Shown: positions 43,831 through 54,391, counted from the first letter of the stretch. The stretch is DNA of 64,000 bases from an uncultured Planctomycetales bacterium (GCA_964648665.1 CAZYOA010000001.1:48128-112127); one strand, 5' to 3'. Numbers and translations are program-made. The notes: generated from the letters alone by a model not told the origin.

Positions 43831-44559
43831 ATGACTGAAAAAATAAGTTTACCGAAACATATAGCAATTATCATGGATGGTAATGGGCGTTGGGCAAAAC
43901 AAAAAAGAATGCCACGTTCATACGGACATTTAAATGGTGTTAAGCGTGTTGATGAAATTGTAGCCGCATCGCATCGCATGGGAATTAAAGTTTTGACTCT
44001 TTTTGCATTTTCATCTGAGAACTGGAAAAGACCTAAGACTGAAGTTTCAATGCTTATGCGAACATTGGCATCAAATCTTAATAAAAAGTCTAAAGAGCTT
44101 CATCGCATGGGAATTCGTTTTAAGATGATTGGAAGAAGAGAAGGCGTTCCAGATATTGTTTTAAAGAGTCTTGATCAAGCCCAAGAGAAAACAAAAAGTA
44201 ATGAGGGCATGATTTTAAATATTGCATTTAATTATGGATCTCGTCAAGAAATAGTTGATGCTGTTTGTGGTATCGCAAAAGGAGTCAAGAGCGAAAATCT
44301 TAAGATTAGCGATATCGACGAAGATACAGTATCAAATGCGTTGTATACGGCGGGAATGCCAGATCCCGATTTATTGATTCGCACATCTGGAGAAACGCGT
44401 ATTAGTAATTTCTTGCTTTGGCAGTTATCATATAGTGAGCTTTATTTTACAAAAAAGTTTTGGCCTGAATTTACTGAAAAAGAACTTGAAAAAGCAATTG
44501 CCGATTTTAAAAACCGTCAAAGACGTTATGGAGCGGTTCGGTCAACGAAAGGGTTGTGA
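43831..44559 (+). CDS. uppS: Undecaprenyl diphosphate synthase (cis-prenyltransferase)
   Basis: HIAIIMDGNGRWA, FAFSSENW.R and RTSGE.R.SNFLLWQ motifs. Confidence 0.95.
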   Translation: MTEKISLPKHIAIIMDGNGRWAKQKRMPRSYGHLNGVKRVDEIVAASHRMGIKVLTLFAFSSENWKRPKTEVSMLMRTLASNLNKKSKELHRMGIRFKMIGRREGVPDIVLKSLDQAQEKTKSNEGMILNIAFNYGSRQEIVDAVCGIAKGVKSENLKISDIDEDTVSNALYTAGMPDPDLLIRTSGETRISNFLLWQLSYSELYFTKKFWPEFTEKELEKAIADFKNRQRRYGAVRSTKGL

Positions 44560-45380
44560 TGTCCTTAAAAAGATTTTTTAGCTCTGCAGCTGCAATCTTG
44601 TTAACAGTTTTAGCTGTTTCTAATAAATGGATTTTTATCGGAACCATTGTTTTCTTTACAGTTGGCGGTCTTTATGAATTCTTTTATTTGATAAAGAAAA
44701 AAGGAATTCCGATTTATAGTTATGTTGGAATTTTTATTGGCGTTCTTATTCCAGTGTCTATTTTTACAAAGTTTGAGTTAACGAAGAACTGGGAGCTTCT
44801 GTTTATTGTTATTGGGTTTTTGATGCTTTTATTGTTGCAGTTTTCGAGGAAAGATAATCGAAACGCGATCGTTGGTATATCTACAACATTATTTGGTGTT
44901 TTGTATGTTTCGTGGTTTTTTAGTTTTTTAGTAAAGATTCGCTTGATGATTCCAGGAATTAATGGAGTTAAACTTCTTGGATTTATTTTGATTGTGACAA
45001 AAGCAGCTGATATCGGCGCTCTTCTCGTTGGAAGTAAGTTTGGGAAGCATCCGCTTTTACCGCGGGTAAGCCCAAATAAATCTATTGAAGGTTCGGCTGG
45101 AAGTCTTGTTGTTAGCGGAATTGCTGCAATTTGCTGTCAATCATTTTTGCCAGCGGCTTTAAATTATTCAATATTACAGGTTTTTTTGATCGGTGCTTTT
45201 TTCGGAGGAATTGGTCAGTTAGGAGATTTGTCAGAATCTATGATTAAGAGAGATTGCAATGTTAAGGATTCTGGAAAAGTTTTGCCGGGTTTAGGCGGCA
45301 TTCTTGACGTTATTGATAGCCTTTTGTTTTCGGCTCCGGCTTTTTATCTTTTTATAAGTTCAGCGTTAAATACAATATGA
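44556..45380 (+). CDS. cdsA: Phosphatidate cytidylyltransferase (CDP-diglyceride synthase)
   Basis: Polytopic. C-terminal signature S.IKR....KDSG..LPG.GG.LD..DS. Canonical uppS-cdsA-dxr-rseP context. Confidence 0.85.
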   Translation: MMSLKRFFSSAAAILLTVLAVSNKWIFIGTIVFFTVGGLYEFFYLIKKKGIPIYSYVGIFIGVLIPVSIFTKFELTKNWELLFIVIGFLMLLLLQFSRKDNRNAIVGISTTLFGVLYVSWFFSFLVKIRLMIPGINGVKLLGFILIVTKAADIGALLVGSKFGKHPLLPRVSPNKSIEGSAGSLVVSGIAAICCQSFLPAALNYSILQVFLIGAFFGGIGQLGDLSESMIKRDCNVKDSGKVLPGLGGILDVIDSLLFSAPAFYLFISSALNTI

Positions 45381-45381
45381 T

Positions 45382-46533
45382 ATGCGTTTAAAAAAAGTTG
45401 CTATTTTAGGATCTACGGGATCAATTGGGATTAACAGCTTAAAGATTATTGAGCGATTTCCTAAAGAATTTGAAGTTACAGCGTTAAGTGCGAATAATAA
45501 TGTTAAGTTGCTTGAGAGGCAAATTCGGAAATTTAAGCCAAAATGTGTTGCGCTTAACAAGAAAAAGATTTCTGATTTAAAAAAAAGAATTGATCTTTCT
45601 AAAATTAAAGTTTTTGATGCAGCATCTGAGATGGAGGCCTTGGTCAATCGTAAAGATGTAAATATTGTTATCTTAGGCATTGAAGGTAGGGCGGCTTTAG
45701 AATCTTTTTTAGAGGCGGCACGTTGCGGTAAAATTATTGCTCCAGCAAATAAGGAAGCTCTAGTAATTGCCGGTGATATTATTATGAAAGAGGCTAAAAA
45801 ACACGGAGCGACTGTTATTCCTGTTGATAGCGAGCAAAGCGCAATCTTCCAATGTTTAGAGGGTCGTAATATTAAAGAGTTAAAGAAAGTTTATTTAACT
45901 GCATCTGGTGGATCTTTAAAGAATGCAAAGAAATCAACGTTTGATTCTATTTCGGTTGCGCAGATTTTAGATCATCCTCGATGGAGTATGGGAAAAAAGA
46001 TTACGGTTGATTCTGCAACTTTAATGAATAAAGGGCTCGAAGTTATTGAAGCCATGAGGCTTTTTGATTTGTCAGTAGAGAAAATAGAGGTTTTAATTCA
46101 TCCGGAATCAATTATTCATTCAATGGTTGAATTTGTTGATGGAGCGTTAATGGCTCAGCTTGGAGTTACGGATATGCGGATACCTATTCAATATGCGTTG
46201 ACTTATCCAAAACGAGCTACGACAGGGTTAACCTCATTAGATTTTGTTAAACAAAAAAGTTTAACGTTTGAGGCGCCTGATTTCAAAAAGTTTCCAGCTT
46301 TGAAGCTATGCTATGATGTCGCACGAAAAGCGGGAAGCTTACCAAGCGTTTTAAATGCATCTAACGAGGAAGCAGTGGATGCATTTTTAAGGGGAAAAAT
46401 AAAGTTTTCTAAAATATATCAAATTGTTGAAAAGGTTGTTAAAAAACATAAAATTGTAAAGAGTCCAAGTTTGGAAGAAATTTTAGACGCAGATCAATGG
46501 GCTCGTCAGCAATCTAAACAGGAGTTAAATTAA
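45382..46533 (+). CDS. dxr: 1-deoxy-D-xylulose-5-phosphate reductoisomerase
   Basis: ILGSTGSIG start. NKE, DSE.SAIFQCL and HP.W.MG.KITVDSAT motifs. Confidence 0.95.
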   Translation: MRLKKVAILGSTGSIGINSLKIIERFPKEFEVTALSANNNVKLLERQIRKFKPKCVALNKKKISDLKKRIDLSKIKVFDAASEMEALVNRKDVNIVILGIEGRAALESFLEAARCGKIIAPANKEALVIAGDIIMKEAKKHGATVIPVDSEQSAIFQCLEGRNIKELKKVYLTASGGSLKNAKKSTFDSISVAQILDHPRWSMGKKITVDSATLMNKGLEVIEAMRLFDLSVEKIEVLIHPESIIHSMVEFVDGALMAQLGVTDMRIPIQYALTYPKRATTGLTSLDFVKQKSLTFEAPDFKKFPALKLCYDVARKAGSLPSVLNASNEEAVDAFLRGKIKFSKIYQIVEKVVKKHKIVKSPSLEEILDADQWARQQSKQELN

Positions 46534-46538
46534 TAAAA

Positions 46539-47627
46539 ATGGGAACATTAGTCTTTATCATTGTTTTAAGTGTTTTAGTTATTGTTCATGAATATGGACA
46601 TTTTGTTGTTGCAAAGTTAATCGGTGTTAGGGTTGAGCGTTTTTCGATTGGTTTTGGACCAAAATTGTTTGGAAAAGTTTTTGGAGACACGGAATTTGTA
46701 ATTTGTGCGATTCCTCTCGGAGGCTACGTTAAAATGGCTGGCGATGAACGAGGCGAATGTAAGGGGGCGGAGAATGAATTTTATTCAAAGCCGGTAGGCT
46801 TAAGATCTTTAGTTGTTCTTGCTGGTCCAGTTGTAAATTACATATTTGCTTTTCTATGTTTTTGCATTGTTTTTGTTGCAGGGTATCCAGCTCGATCTTC
46901 AGAGGTTGGAGGATTGATCGAGGATCGTCCTGCGATTCAATCTGGTTTAGCCATTGGTGATAAAATATTGTCTATTGATTCAAAGGGAATTGAAAGTTGG
47001 GAAGATGTTCAAAAATATGTTTCTGAATCAAAAGGTAAAACTCTTGATTTAGGTGTATCGCGAGAAGGGGTTGATAAGAGTTTTGAATTAACACCTGTCT
47101 TAATAACATCTGAAAATATTTTTGGACAGAGAATTGATTTATTTATTGCTGGCATTGAGCCAACTGATAATATTGTTTTGTTGCGTTATGGCGCTTTAGA
47201 GTCAGTTGTAAAGGCTTTTGAAAAACTTAAGACAATCACATGGACAACGTACAAAGCTCTTTATCTGATGGTCACAGGAGCAATGTCTGCTAAAGATGGT
47301 GTAACGGGTCCAATTGGAATATTTATTATTATTAAAAAAGCAGCATCTATGGGATTTTCTTATGTGATGTATATTATGGCAATTATATCTGCTAGTCTTG
47401 CCATCTTTAATTTGTTACCGCTTCCAATTCTTGATGGCGGCCATTTGTTGTTTTTTGGTATTGAGAAGATTAAAGGAAAACCAGTTTCTCGAAAAACAGA
47501 TGAAATTGTTCATCGCGTGGGGTTTGGTTTTCTTATTTGTTTGACGGTTGTTGTATTTTGCATGGATTTGATTCGTTATGGAATCTTTGATAAGATTGTT
47601 CAGTTTGGACGTCACTTAGGATTTTAA
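46539..47627 (+). CDS. rseP: RIP site-2 metalloprotease (M50, RseP family)
   Basis: HEYGHF zinc motif. PDZ segment. NLLP.P.LDGG motif. Confidence 0.9.
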   Translation: MGTLVFIIVLSVLVIVHEYGHFVVAKLIGVRVERFSIGFGPKLFGKVFGDTEFVICAIPLGGYVKMAGDERGECKGAENEFYSKPVGLRSLVVLAGPVVNYIFAFLCFCIVFVAGYPARSSEVGGLIEDRPAIQSGLAIGDKILSIDSKGIESWEDVQKYVSESKGKTLDLGVSREGVDKSFELTPVLITSENIFGQRIDLFIAGIEPTDNIVLLRYGALESVVKAFEKLKTITWTTYKALYLMVTGAMSAKDGVTGPIGIFIIIKKAASMGFSYVMYIMAIISASLAIFNLLPLPILDGGHLLFFGIEKIKGKPVSRKTDEIVHRVGFGFLICLTVVVFCMDLIRYGIFDKIVQFGRHLGF

Positions 47628-47651
47628 AATCAAGAATCCAGGGAGAAGAGA

Positions 47652-48917
47652 ATGAATACAGATAGAGTTAAGAATCTCGTACAGCAACATCTAATTACAA
47701 AAACAGACTTTTTATCAATTAAAGATACTTTGGATGAGGATCAATTGCGCATGCAGACTAGAGGTGCTATTGATTTTGTTTGCACCCAGAATGAAATTGT
47801 TCTTACAGATGAGGAAAAAGCAGGATTAATTCGGGAAATGGTAAGTTCTTTGATTAGTTTAGGGCCGTTGCGTCTTTTGATAGAAGATAAATCTATTACT
47901 GAGATTATGATTAATGGTCCAGAGAAAATTTATCTTCAGAAAGATGGAAAAACAGAGCTTAGCGATGTTAAGTTTGAGAGCACAAAAGAGTTGATGCATA
48001 CAATTCAGAAAATTCTTTCAGCTTCAGGTTCAGGTCGAAGAGTTGACGAATCTTCACCTTATGTTGATTTTTCTCTTCCAGATGGTTCAAGAGTTAATAT
48101 TATTTTGCCACCATTATCGCTTGTTGGCCCAGTTTTGACTATTAGAAAGTTTTCATCGAAAATTGAAACATTGGATGATCTTTTAAAGCTTGGAATGTTA
48201 AGTCCTGAGATGGGAGACTTTTTGGCATCTGCAATAAAGGCAAAACTGAACATTATTTTTTCAGGTGCAACAGGAACAGGAAAGACAACAGCGCTTAATG
48301 TTTTATCAAAGTTTATTCCAGAGTGTGAACGTATTATTACGATTGAAGATACTGCTGAGCTTGGTCTTAAGCAGGAACATGTTGTTCGCCTGCAAGCGCG
48401 CACATCTAATGTTGAGGGAAAAGGAGCAATAAGTATTCGAGATCTTTTTGTTAATTCATTGCGCATGAGACCAGATCGAATCATCATTGGTGAGGTTCGA
48501 GGTTCGGAAGCTCTTGATTTGATTCAGTCTATTAGTAGTGGTCATTCTGGATCTTTGGCTATTGTTCATGGAGACTCTCCTAAGGATTGCTATAACCGGC
48601 TTGTAACAATGCTTTTGATGAGCGGTATTCAGCTTAATGTTGATGAAATTCATCGTCAAATTGTCAGTGCTATTGATCTGGTTGTTCACACAGAACTTTT
48701 TATTGATGGAAAAAGACGAATAACCAATATAACAGATTTGTACACGAACGAAGAAACGCAAGAACCTGTCTTGGATGATATTTTTTATTTTAAACAAGAA
48801 AAGATTACTGATGAAGGAAAAGTTGTTGGCAATTGGTTTGCTAAAAAACGTAAACCTTCATTTTTTAATAAGTTTGAAAAACGTAACATTAAACTCGATC
48901 ATAACTTTTTTGAATAA
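47652..48917 (+). CDS. CpaF/TadA-type secretion ATPase (type II/IV secretion NTPase family)
   Basis: Walker A GATGTGKTT. Asp box ITIEDTAEL. Walker B RPDRIIIGE.RG.E. His box SGHSGS. Confidence 0.85.
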   Translation: MNTDRVKNLVQQHLITKTDFLSIKDTLDEDQLRMQTRGAIDFVCTQNEIVLTDEEKAGLIREMVSSLISLGPLRLLIEDKSITEIMINGPEKIYLQKDGKTELSDVKFESTKELMHTIQKILSASGSGRRVDESSPYVDFSLPDGSRVNIILPPLSLVGPVLTIRKFSSKIETLDDLLKLGMLSPEMGDFLASAIKAKLNIIFSGATGTGKTTALNVLSKFIPECERIITIEDTAELGLKQEHVVRLQARTSNVEGKGAISIRDLFVNSLRMRPDRIIIGEVRGSEALDLIQSISSGHSGSLAIVHGDSPKDCYNRLVTMLLMSGIQLNVDEIHRQIVSAIDLVVHTELFIDGKRRITNITDLYTNEETQEPVLDDIFYFKQEKITDEGKVVGNWFAKKRKPSFFNKFEKRNIKLDHNFFE

Positions 48918-48931
48918 TAAAGGAAGAATGT

Positions 48932-50191
48932 ATGCGTTGGTCTAAATTTCTTATCCCGACATTAAAAGAAGTTCCTGTTGGAACAGAGGCGATTAGTCAT
49001 CAGCTTTTGTTGCGTGCAGGACTTGTGCAAATGTTGACATCCGGGGTGTATTGTTATTTGCCTTCAGGGTTAAAGGTTTTAAAGCGCATAGAAGGAATTA
49101 TTCAGCAAGAGATGAATGCCATTGGCGCTCAAGAGCTTTTTTTGTCATGTCTTCAGCCTATGGATTTATGGAAGAAAACTGGAAGAGATGAAACTTTAAA
49201 AGATGTTATGATTAAGTTTGAAGATAAAAAAGGACGCTCAATGTGTTTGGGACCAACTCATGAAGAAGTTATTACAGATTTAGTTAGAAATCACGTTCAA
49301 TCGTATAAACAGCTTCCTATTGTTCTTTATCAGATTCAAACAAAGTTTAGAGATGAAACGAGGCCACGTTTTGGCATTGTTCGTGCTTGCGAGTTTATGA
49401 TGAAAGATGCTTATAGCTTTGATCGTGATCAAGAGGGATTGCAGAAGAATTATGATTTAATGTACGAGGCGTATCAAAGAATATTTAAACGTTGTGGTAT
49501 TGATGTTGTTAGTGTTGGTGCAGATTCAGGAGCCATGGGTGGAGATGTTTCGCATGAATTTATGGTTCCAGCAGAAATCGGGGAAGATGAAGTTTTGTGT
49601 TGTTCGGTTTGTTCAAATGCTTTAGGTCTTCATGAAGCAGAAGATGGTGCGATTTGTCAAAAATGCAAAAAAGGAACTTTTAAGAAAGCGCCAGCAATCG
49701 AGATTGGCCATATTTTTCAATTAGGCACAAAATATAGTAAAGCGCTTGATGTTTGTTTTGTTGATGATAAAGGAAAACGGCAAATAGTTGTTATGGGTTG
49801 TTACGGAATTGGGGTGAGCCGTTTGATTGCAACAATTATCGAGAAAAACAACGATGAGCTTGGTATTTCGTGGCCACAGGAAGTATCTCCATTTGATGTT
49901 GAGGTGGTGATTCTTCAGATTGATGACGATGATGTCCGAAGCCAAGGTGAAGAATATTATGAAGCGCTTAAAGGTATAGGTTTTGATGTTCTGTTGGATG
50001 ATCGAAAAGAAAGCCCTGGAAAGAAATTTAAGGATGCAGATTTAATCGGAATTCCTTATCAGGTTGTGATTGGAAAGAGAACTCTAGCCGAAGGCATGAT
50101 TGAGATTAAAGATCGACGAACAAGTGAAACTTTAAAAGTTTCGAAGGATGCTGTTGTTGATAAAATAAAAGATTTAATATTTAAAAAATAA
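48932..50191 (+). CDS. proS: Prolyl-tRNA synthetase lacking the INS editing domain
   Basis: Bacterial-type start (LIPTLKE.P..AE..SH.LLLRAG). Class II motifs 2 and 3. GHIFQLGTKYS. Anticodon-binding tail. 419 aa only. Confidence 0.9.
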   Translation: MRWSKFLIPTLKEVPVGTEAISHQLLLRAGLVQMLTSGVYCYLPSGLKVLKRIEGIIQQEMNAIGAQELFLSCLQPMDLWKKTGRDETLKDVMIKFEDKKGRSMCLGPTHEEVITDLVRNHVQSYKQLPIVLYQIQTKFRDETRPRFGIVRACEFMMKDAYSFDRDQEGLQKNYDLMYEAYQRIFKRCGIDVVSVGADSGAMGGDVSHEFMVPAEIGEDEVLCCSVCSNALGLHEAEDGAICQKCKKGTFKKAPAIEIGHIFQLGTKYSKALDVCFVDDKGKRQIVVMGCYGIGVSRLIATIIEKNNDELGISWPQEVSPFDVEVVILQIDDDDVRSQGEEYYEALKGIGFDVLLDDRKESPGKKFKDADLIGIPYQVVIGKRTLAEGMIEIKDRRTSETLKVSKDAVVDKIKDLIFKK

Positions 50192-50202
50192 GGATTTAAA
50201 GA

Positions 50203-50655
50203 ATGAATGGTGTTAAGGATAAAGTTAAAGAGGTCGTAGGGAGGTTTTTAGAGTCTGAAGGATTTGATTTGATTGATCTCGATATGCAAAAAAGAAGCAA
50301 TAGTTTTACGGTTCAAGTTTTAACAGATAAACCGACTGGTGGCATTATTGTTGATGAATGCGTTAAGTTAAATAGAAAGATTCGGGAAATGCTCGAAGAT
50401 GAAAACTTAATCACAGATGATTGCGCTCTTGAGGTGGCATCTCCTGGGATAGACCGAGATATTTGTACAAAGAAAGATTTTCAGAGAATTCAGGGTAAAG
50501 AAATTCTTGTTTATTTAAAAGAATCTTTAGATGAAAAAGATGAGTATCAAGGGATTCTTCAAGAAGTTTTGGAAGATACGATTTTAATTCTTAAAGATAA
50601 CAATAAAATAGTTTTGCCTTTGGCAAATATTAATAAAGCAAAGCAAATTATTTGA
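50203..50655 (+). CDS. rimP: Ribosome maturation factor RimP
   Basis: LEVSSPG-like motif (LEVASPGIDR). Size. Position upstream of nusA-infB. Confidence 0.85.
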   Translation: MNGVKDKVKEVVGRFLESEGFDLIDLDMQKRSNSFTVQVLTDKPTGGIIVDECVKLNRKIREMLEDENLITDDCALEVASPGIDRDICTKKDFQRIQGKEILVYLKESLDEKDEYQGILQEVLEDTILILKDNNKIVLPLANINKAKQII

Positions 50656-50671
50656 AGGAAGGAAGTTTTTT

Positions 50672-51865
50672 ATGGAGAGTGAATTACTTATTATTTTGGA
50701 TCAAATTGAGCGAGACAAGGGCATTAATAAGGAGATTTTAATTGAAGCCGTTGAGACTGCGGTAGCCTCTGCTGCGCGTAAAGTTTGGACCATTGACAAG
50801 GAACAGGAGATTCAGGTTGTCTTGGATCGACAAACTGGAAAGCTTTTAGCCTATGCTGATGGCGAAGAAATTTTATCTAAAGATTTTGGTCGCATTGCCG
50901 CTCAAACTGCAAAACAAGTTGTTATTCAAAAGATTCGAGAAGCTGAAAAAGATGTTATTTATAATGAATATTATGCTCGTATTGGTCAGCTTGTTACGGG
51001 TAGTGTTTATCGGATTGATAAAGGAAATATCATTGTTGATTTATCTAGGACGGAAGGTTTTATACCAAGAAGCGAACAGTCTAGCAAGGAAGAGTTTAGG
51101 CAAGGTGATCGTATTCGAGCATATATTTTAGATGTTCGCAGAGAGAACAAAGGACCTCAGATTGTTTTATCTCGTTCTCATCCAAATTTTGTTAAAAGAC
51201 TTTTTGAACTTGAAGTTCCAGAAATTTATGATGGAATTGTTGAAGTTAAATCTATTGCTCGAGACGCTGGTGAGCGAACAAAAATTGCTGTTTGTTCAAA
51301 AGAGGAAAAGGTTGATTGCGTTGGTGCTTGTGTGGGCATGAGAGGTTCACGCGTTAAAAGCATTGTCACAGAGCTTCATGGTGAGAAAATTGATATTGTT
51401 CGTTATGCAGAAGATCGACGTACATATATCCAAACAGCTCTTTCTCCAGCTGAAATTTTAGAAATGCATGTTAATGCAGAAACTAAAAGAGCGGATGTTG
51501 TTGTTGCGGATGATCAGCTTTCAATTGCTATTGGAAAACATGGGCAAAACATTCGTCTTGCAGGTCAGCTTATGGGATGGCAGCTTGAAGTTTTTTCTGA
51601 AGATCAGTGGAGGGAGCATTCTCAAAAATTACCTGAAAAATTAACAAAATTAGTTAGCGTTGATACTGGATTAACAATTGCCGATTTAACTGGTGTTGGT
51701 GATAAGGTTGTCATGCTTTTAAACGAAAATAAAATTTCAACGCTTGATCAAGTTGCTGAAAGCTCAATAGAGGAGTTGTCTCAAATTAAAGGTTTAGGGA
51801 AAGTTAAAGCTGAAAAAATGATCAAGGAAGCAAAAAAGCTTATTAAAAAAAATAAAAAAGGATAG
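50672..51865 (+). CDS. nusA: Transcription termination/antitermination factor NusA
   Basis: N-domain, S1, two KH domains (GACVGMRGSRV; AIGK.GQNIRLA) and a C-terminal HhH-like part. Confidence 0.95.
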   Translation: MESELLIILDQIERDKGINKEILIEAVETAVASAARKVWTIDKEQEIQVVLDRQTGKLLAYADGEEILSKDFGRIAAQTAKQVVIQKIREAEKDVIYNEYYARIGQLVTGSVYRIDKGNIIVDLSRTEGFIPRSEQSSKEEFRQGDRIRAYILDVRRENKGPQIVLSRSHPNFVKRLFELEVPEIYDGIVEVKSIARDAGERTKIAVCSKEEKVDCVGACVGMRGSRVKSIVTELHGEKIDIVRYAEDRRTYIQTALSPAEILEMHVNAETKRADVVVADDQLSIAIGKHGQNIRLAGQLMGWQLEVFSEDQWREHSQKLPEKLTKLVSVDTGLTIADLTGVGDKVVMLLNENKISTLDQVAESSIEELSQIKGLGKVKAEKMIKEAKKLIKKNKKG

Positions 51866-51877
51866 TGAGTAAATTCT

Positions 51878-54391
51878 ATGCGCGTATCAGAACTAGCAAA
51901 AGAGTATGGCCTATCGGTCCAAGATGTTTTAGGTGAGCTTAAGTCTTTAAAACTTAAAGCAAAAGACGGAAAGCAAGAGCTTAGTTCTGCTGCTTTTGCT
52001 GTTGTTAAGAGATCTCTTGAGAAGCGAGGGAAAAAACCTGTAGTTAAACTACCGGAAGATAAAAAAGTTTCTTTGAAGAAAGAAGTACCTGTGAAGAAGG
52101 AAGCTGTAAAACCGGAAAAAGAAAAAGTATTGAAAACAAAACCTAAGTCTAAAATTGAAGTAATATTAAAAACAAATGTAAAAGCAAAACTTTCTAAGAA
52201 AATAGAAGAAAAAAAAGTAGTAAAAGAGAAGCCTGCGACAGTTAAAAAGAAACCAGAGCCAGCATCTAAGAGTAAGATAATTTTGAAAAAAAATACGATT
52301 TCGTCAGTTAAAAAAGTTGAAGTAAAGAAGAAAAAGATTGATGAAAAGCTAAAGAAGGTTGAGTCAAAAATATCTAAGTCGGAAGCTAAGGAAATAAAGC
52401 CAAAGGTTAAGGATGCTAAGTCGGAGAAGTCTCCTGTTGCGCAAGTTCAGAAACCTGTTGCAAAGCCTGCACAACCAGTTGTAAAGCCTGCACAACCAGT
52501 TGCAAAGCCTGCACAACCAGTTGCTCAAAAAACAGTAATTTACAAAAAGCCATTTAAAAGAGGGCGCCGATCTAGATTTTCTCGACCATCAACTCAGAAA
52601 GCAAAAGTTGCAGATGTTCCGGATCCTCTAGAAGGACCAAAAAAAGATATTGAAATTACTTTTCCAATTAGCATTAAAGACTTATCTGTAAAATTACAGC
52701 AGAAGCCAAGCGTTGTTCTTAAGGTATTGATGCAAAAAGGTGTCTTTGCAACTATTAATCAAATTTTAGATGAAGAGGGTGTGGATAAGATTTGTGGAGA
52801 TTTAAACTTTTCTTATGTAAAAGCAAGAACTCAGGAAGAAAAACTTGTCGATTTACATGAAGAAGAAAATTCTAAAAATCTTCAAACGAGACCTCCTGTA
52901 ATTACTTTTATGGGACATGTTGATCATGGAAAAACATCTCTGCTTGACTGTATTCGAAAAAGTAACATTACAGATAAAGAACATGGTGGAATTACTCAGC
53001 ATATGGCTGCGTATTCTGTTAAGACTCCAAAGGGCTCGATTACGTGCCTAGATACTCCTGGTCATGCGGCGTTTACTTCTATGCGTGCTCGTGGAGCACA
53101 TATTACAGATCTGGTTATTTTGGTTGTTGCTGCAGATGAGGGTGTTATGCCGCAAACGGAAGAGGCTATTGATCATGCTCGTGCGGCTGAAGTTCCGATT
53201 ATTGTGGCGATTAATAAGACGGATAAGCGCAATGCGGATATTGACATGGTTAAGAAACAGTTAGCCGGTAAAGATTTATCTTCTGAAGACTGGGGAGGAA
53301 AGACAGTTGTCGTTGGAGTTTCGGCAACAACTGGTGAAGGAGTCGAACATTTATTAGAGATGATCATTTTAGAGGCTGAGATGCTTGAATTAAAAGCTAA
53401 TCCTAAGCGCTCTGCAACAGGTATTGTTGTTGAAGCTCATCTAAGTCATGGAAAAGGTGCTTTGGCTTCAATCATTGTTCAAGCTGGAACATTACGCGAT
53501 GGAGATTTTATCGTTGTTGGTTCTTATTTTGGAAAAGTCAAAGCTATGCTAGATGATCATGAGCGACCATTAAAAGAAGCCCCTCCTGCAACGCCAGCAG
53601 AAATTCTTGGACTCTCTGGGGTTCCTGAAGCCGGTGAAGTTTTTTATGTTGTTGAAGATGAGAAAACGGCTAAAGATATTGCATTAAAACGAGCGATAGA
53701 AATAAAGAATAAAAAACTTCAGGCGTCTCAAAAAGTTACGCTTGAAGATTTGTATTCACAAATTAAACAGGGCAAAATTAGAGATTTAAATATTATTATG
53801 AAGGCTGATGTTCGAGGATCTTTAGAGGCTCTTAAAGATTCATTGACTAAGCTTTCGAATGATGAAGTTCAGATTAAGTTTATTCATACTGGTATCGGTA
53901 ACATTAATGCTGCTGATGCAATTTTAGCTGGAGTTTCTAATGCGATCATTGTTGGATTCCATGTCGATACAGATTCAAAAGCAAAAGAAGAAATTGAAAG
54001 ACAAAAAGTTGATCTTAGGCAGTATCGTATTATTTACGATGCGGTTGATGATATCAAAAAGGCACTTTCTGGACTTCTTGAGCCAAAGATTAAGAAAGTT
54101 TTCTTAGGCCGAGTTGAAATTAGACAGGTTTTCAAATTGAGCAGATCTGGAATTGTTGCTGGTAGTTTTGTTCAAAAGGGTAAAGTTCATCGTAAGGCTA
54201 AGATTTCAATCTTGCGCAATGGACAGGAAGTTTTTTCTGGAGAAATTGATTCTTTAAAGCGCTTTAAAGACGATGTTAGAGAGGTTCGCGAAGGATTTGA
54301 ATGTGGCGTTACCATCAAAGGATATGATGATATTCAGCCTGGCGACCTTATTGAAGCTTATGATTTGGAGATTATTCAGCGAGAATTGTAA
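51878..54391 (+). CDS. infB: Translation initiation factor IF-2
   Basis: Lys-rich N-terminal region. GTPase motifs [14 protein letters not shown] and NKTD. C-terminal IF-2 domains. Confidence 0.95.
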   Translation: MRVSELAKEYGLSVQDVLGELKSLKLKAKDGKQELSSAAFAVVKRSLEKRGKKPVVKLPEDKKVSLKKEVPVKKEAVKPEKEKVLKTKPKSKIEVILKTNVKAKLSKKIEEKKVVKEKPATVKKKPEPASKSKIILKKNTISSVKKVEVKKKKIDEKLKKVESKISKSEAKEIKPKVKDAKSEKSPVAQVQKPVAKPAQPVVKPAQPVAKPAQPVAQKTVIYKKPFKRGRRSRFSRPSTQKAKVADVPDPLEGPKKDIEITFPISIKDLSVKLQQKPSVVLKVLMQKGVFATINQILDEEGVDKICGDLNFSYVKARTQEEKLVDLHEEENSKNLQTRPPVITFMGHVDHGKTSLLDCIRKSNITDKEHGGITQHMAAYSVKTPKGSITCLDTPGHAAFTSMRARGAHITDLVILVVAADEGVMPQTEEAIDHARAAEVPIIVAINKTDKRNADIDMVKKQLAGKDLSSEDWGGKTVVVGVSATTGEGVEHLLEMIILEAEMLELKANPKRSATGIVVEAHLSHGKGALASIIVQAGTLRDGDFIVVGSYFGKVKAMLDDHERPLKEAPPATPAEILGLSGVPEAGEVFYVVEDEKTAKDIALKRAIEIKNKKLQASQKVTLEDLYSQIKQGKIRDLNIIMKADVRGSLEALKDSLTKLSNDEVQIKFIHTGIGNINAADAILAGVSNAIIVGFHVDTDSKAKEEIERQKVDLRQYRIIYDAVDDIKKALSGLLEPKIKKVFLGRVEIRQVFKLSRSGIVAGSFVQKGKVHRKAKISILRNGQEVFSGEIDSLKRFKDDVREVREGFECGVTIKGYDDIQPGDLIEAYDLEIIQREL
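52460..52522 (+). repeat. Three tandem 21-nt repeats (AKPAQPV x3) inside infB
   Basis: gcaaagcctgcacaaccagtt / gtaaagcctgcacaaccagtt / gcaaagcctgcacaaccagtt. The units differ at one position. Confidence 0.9.

Noticed and set aside
52460-52522. Tandem repeats checked as a possible CRISPR or minisatellite locus.
   Set aside because: There are only three contiguous 21-nt units with no spacers, in frame inside infB. This is a coding low-complexity repeat and not a CRISPR array. I saw no repeat-spacer architecture elsewhere.
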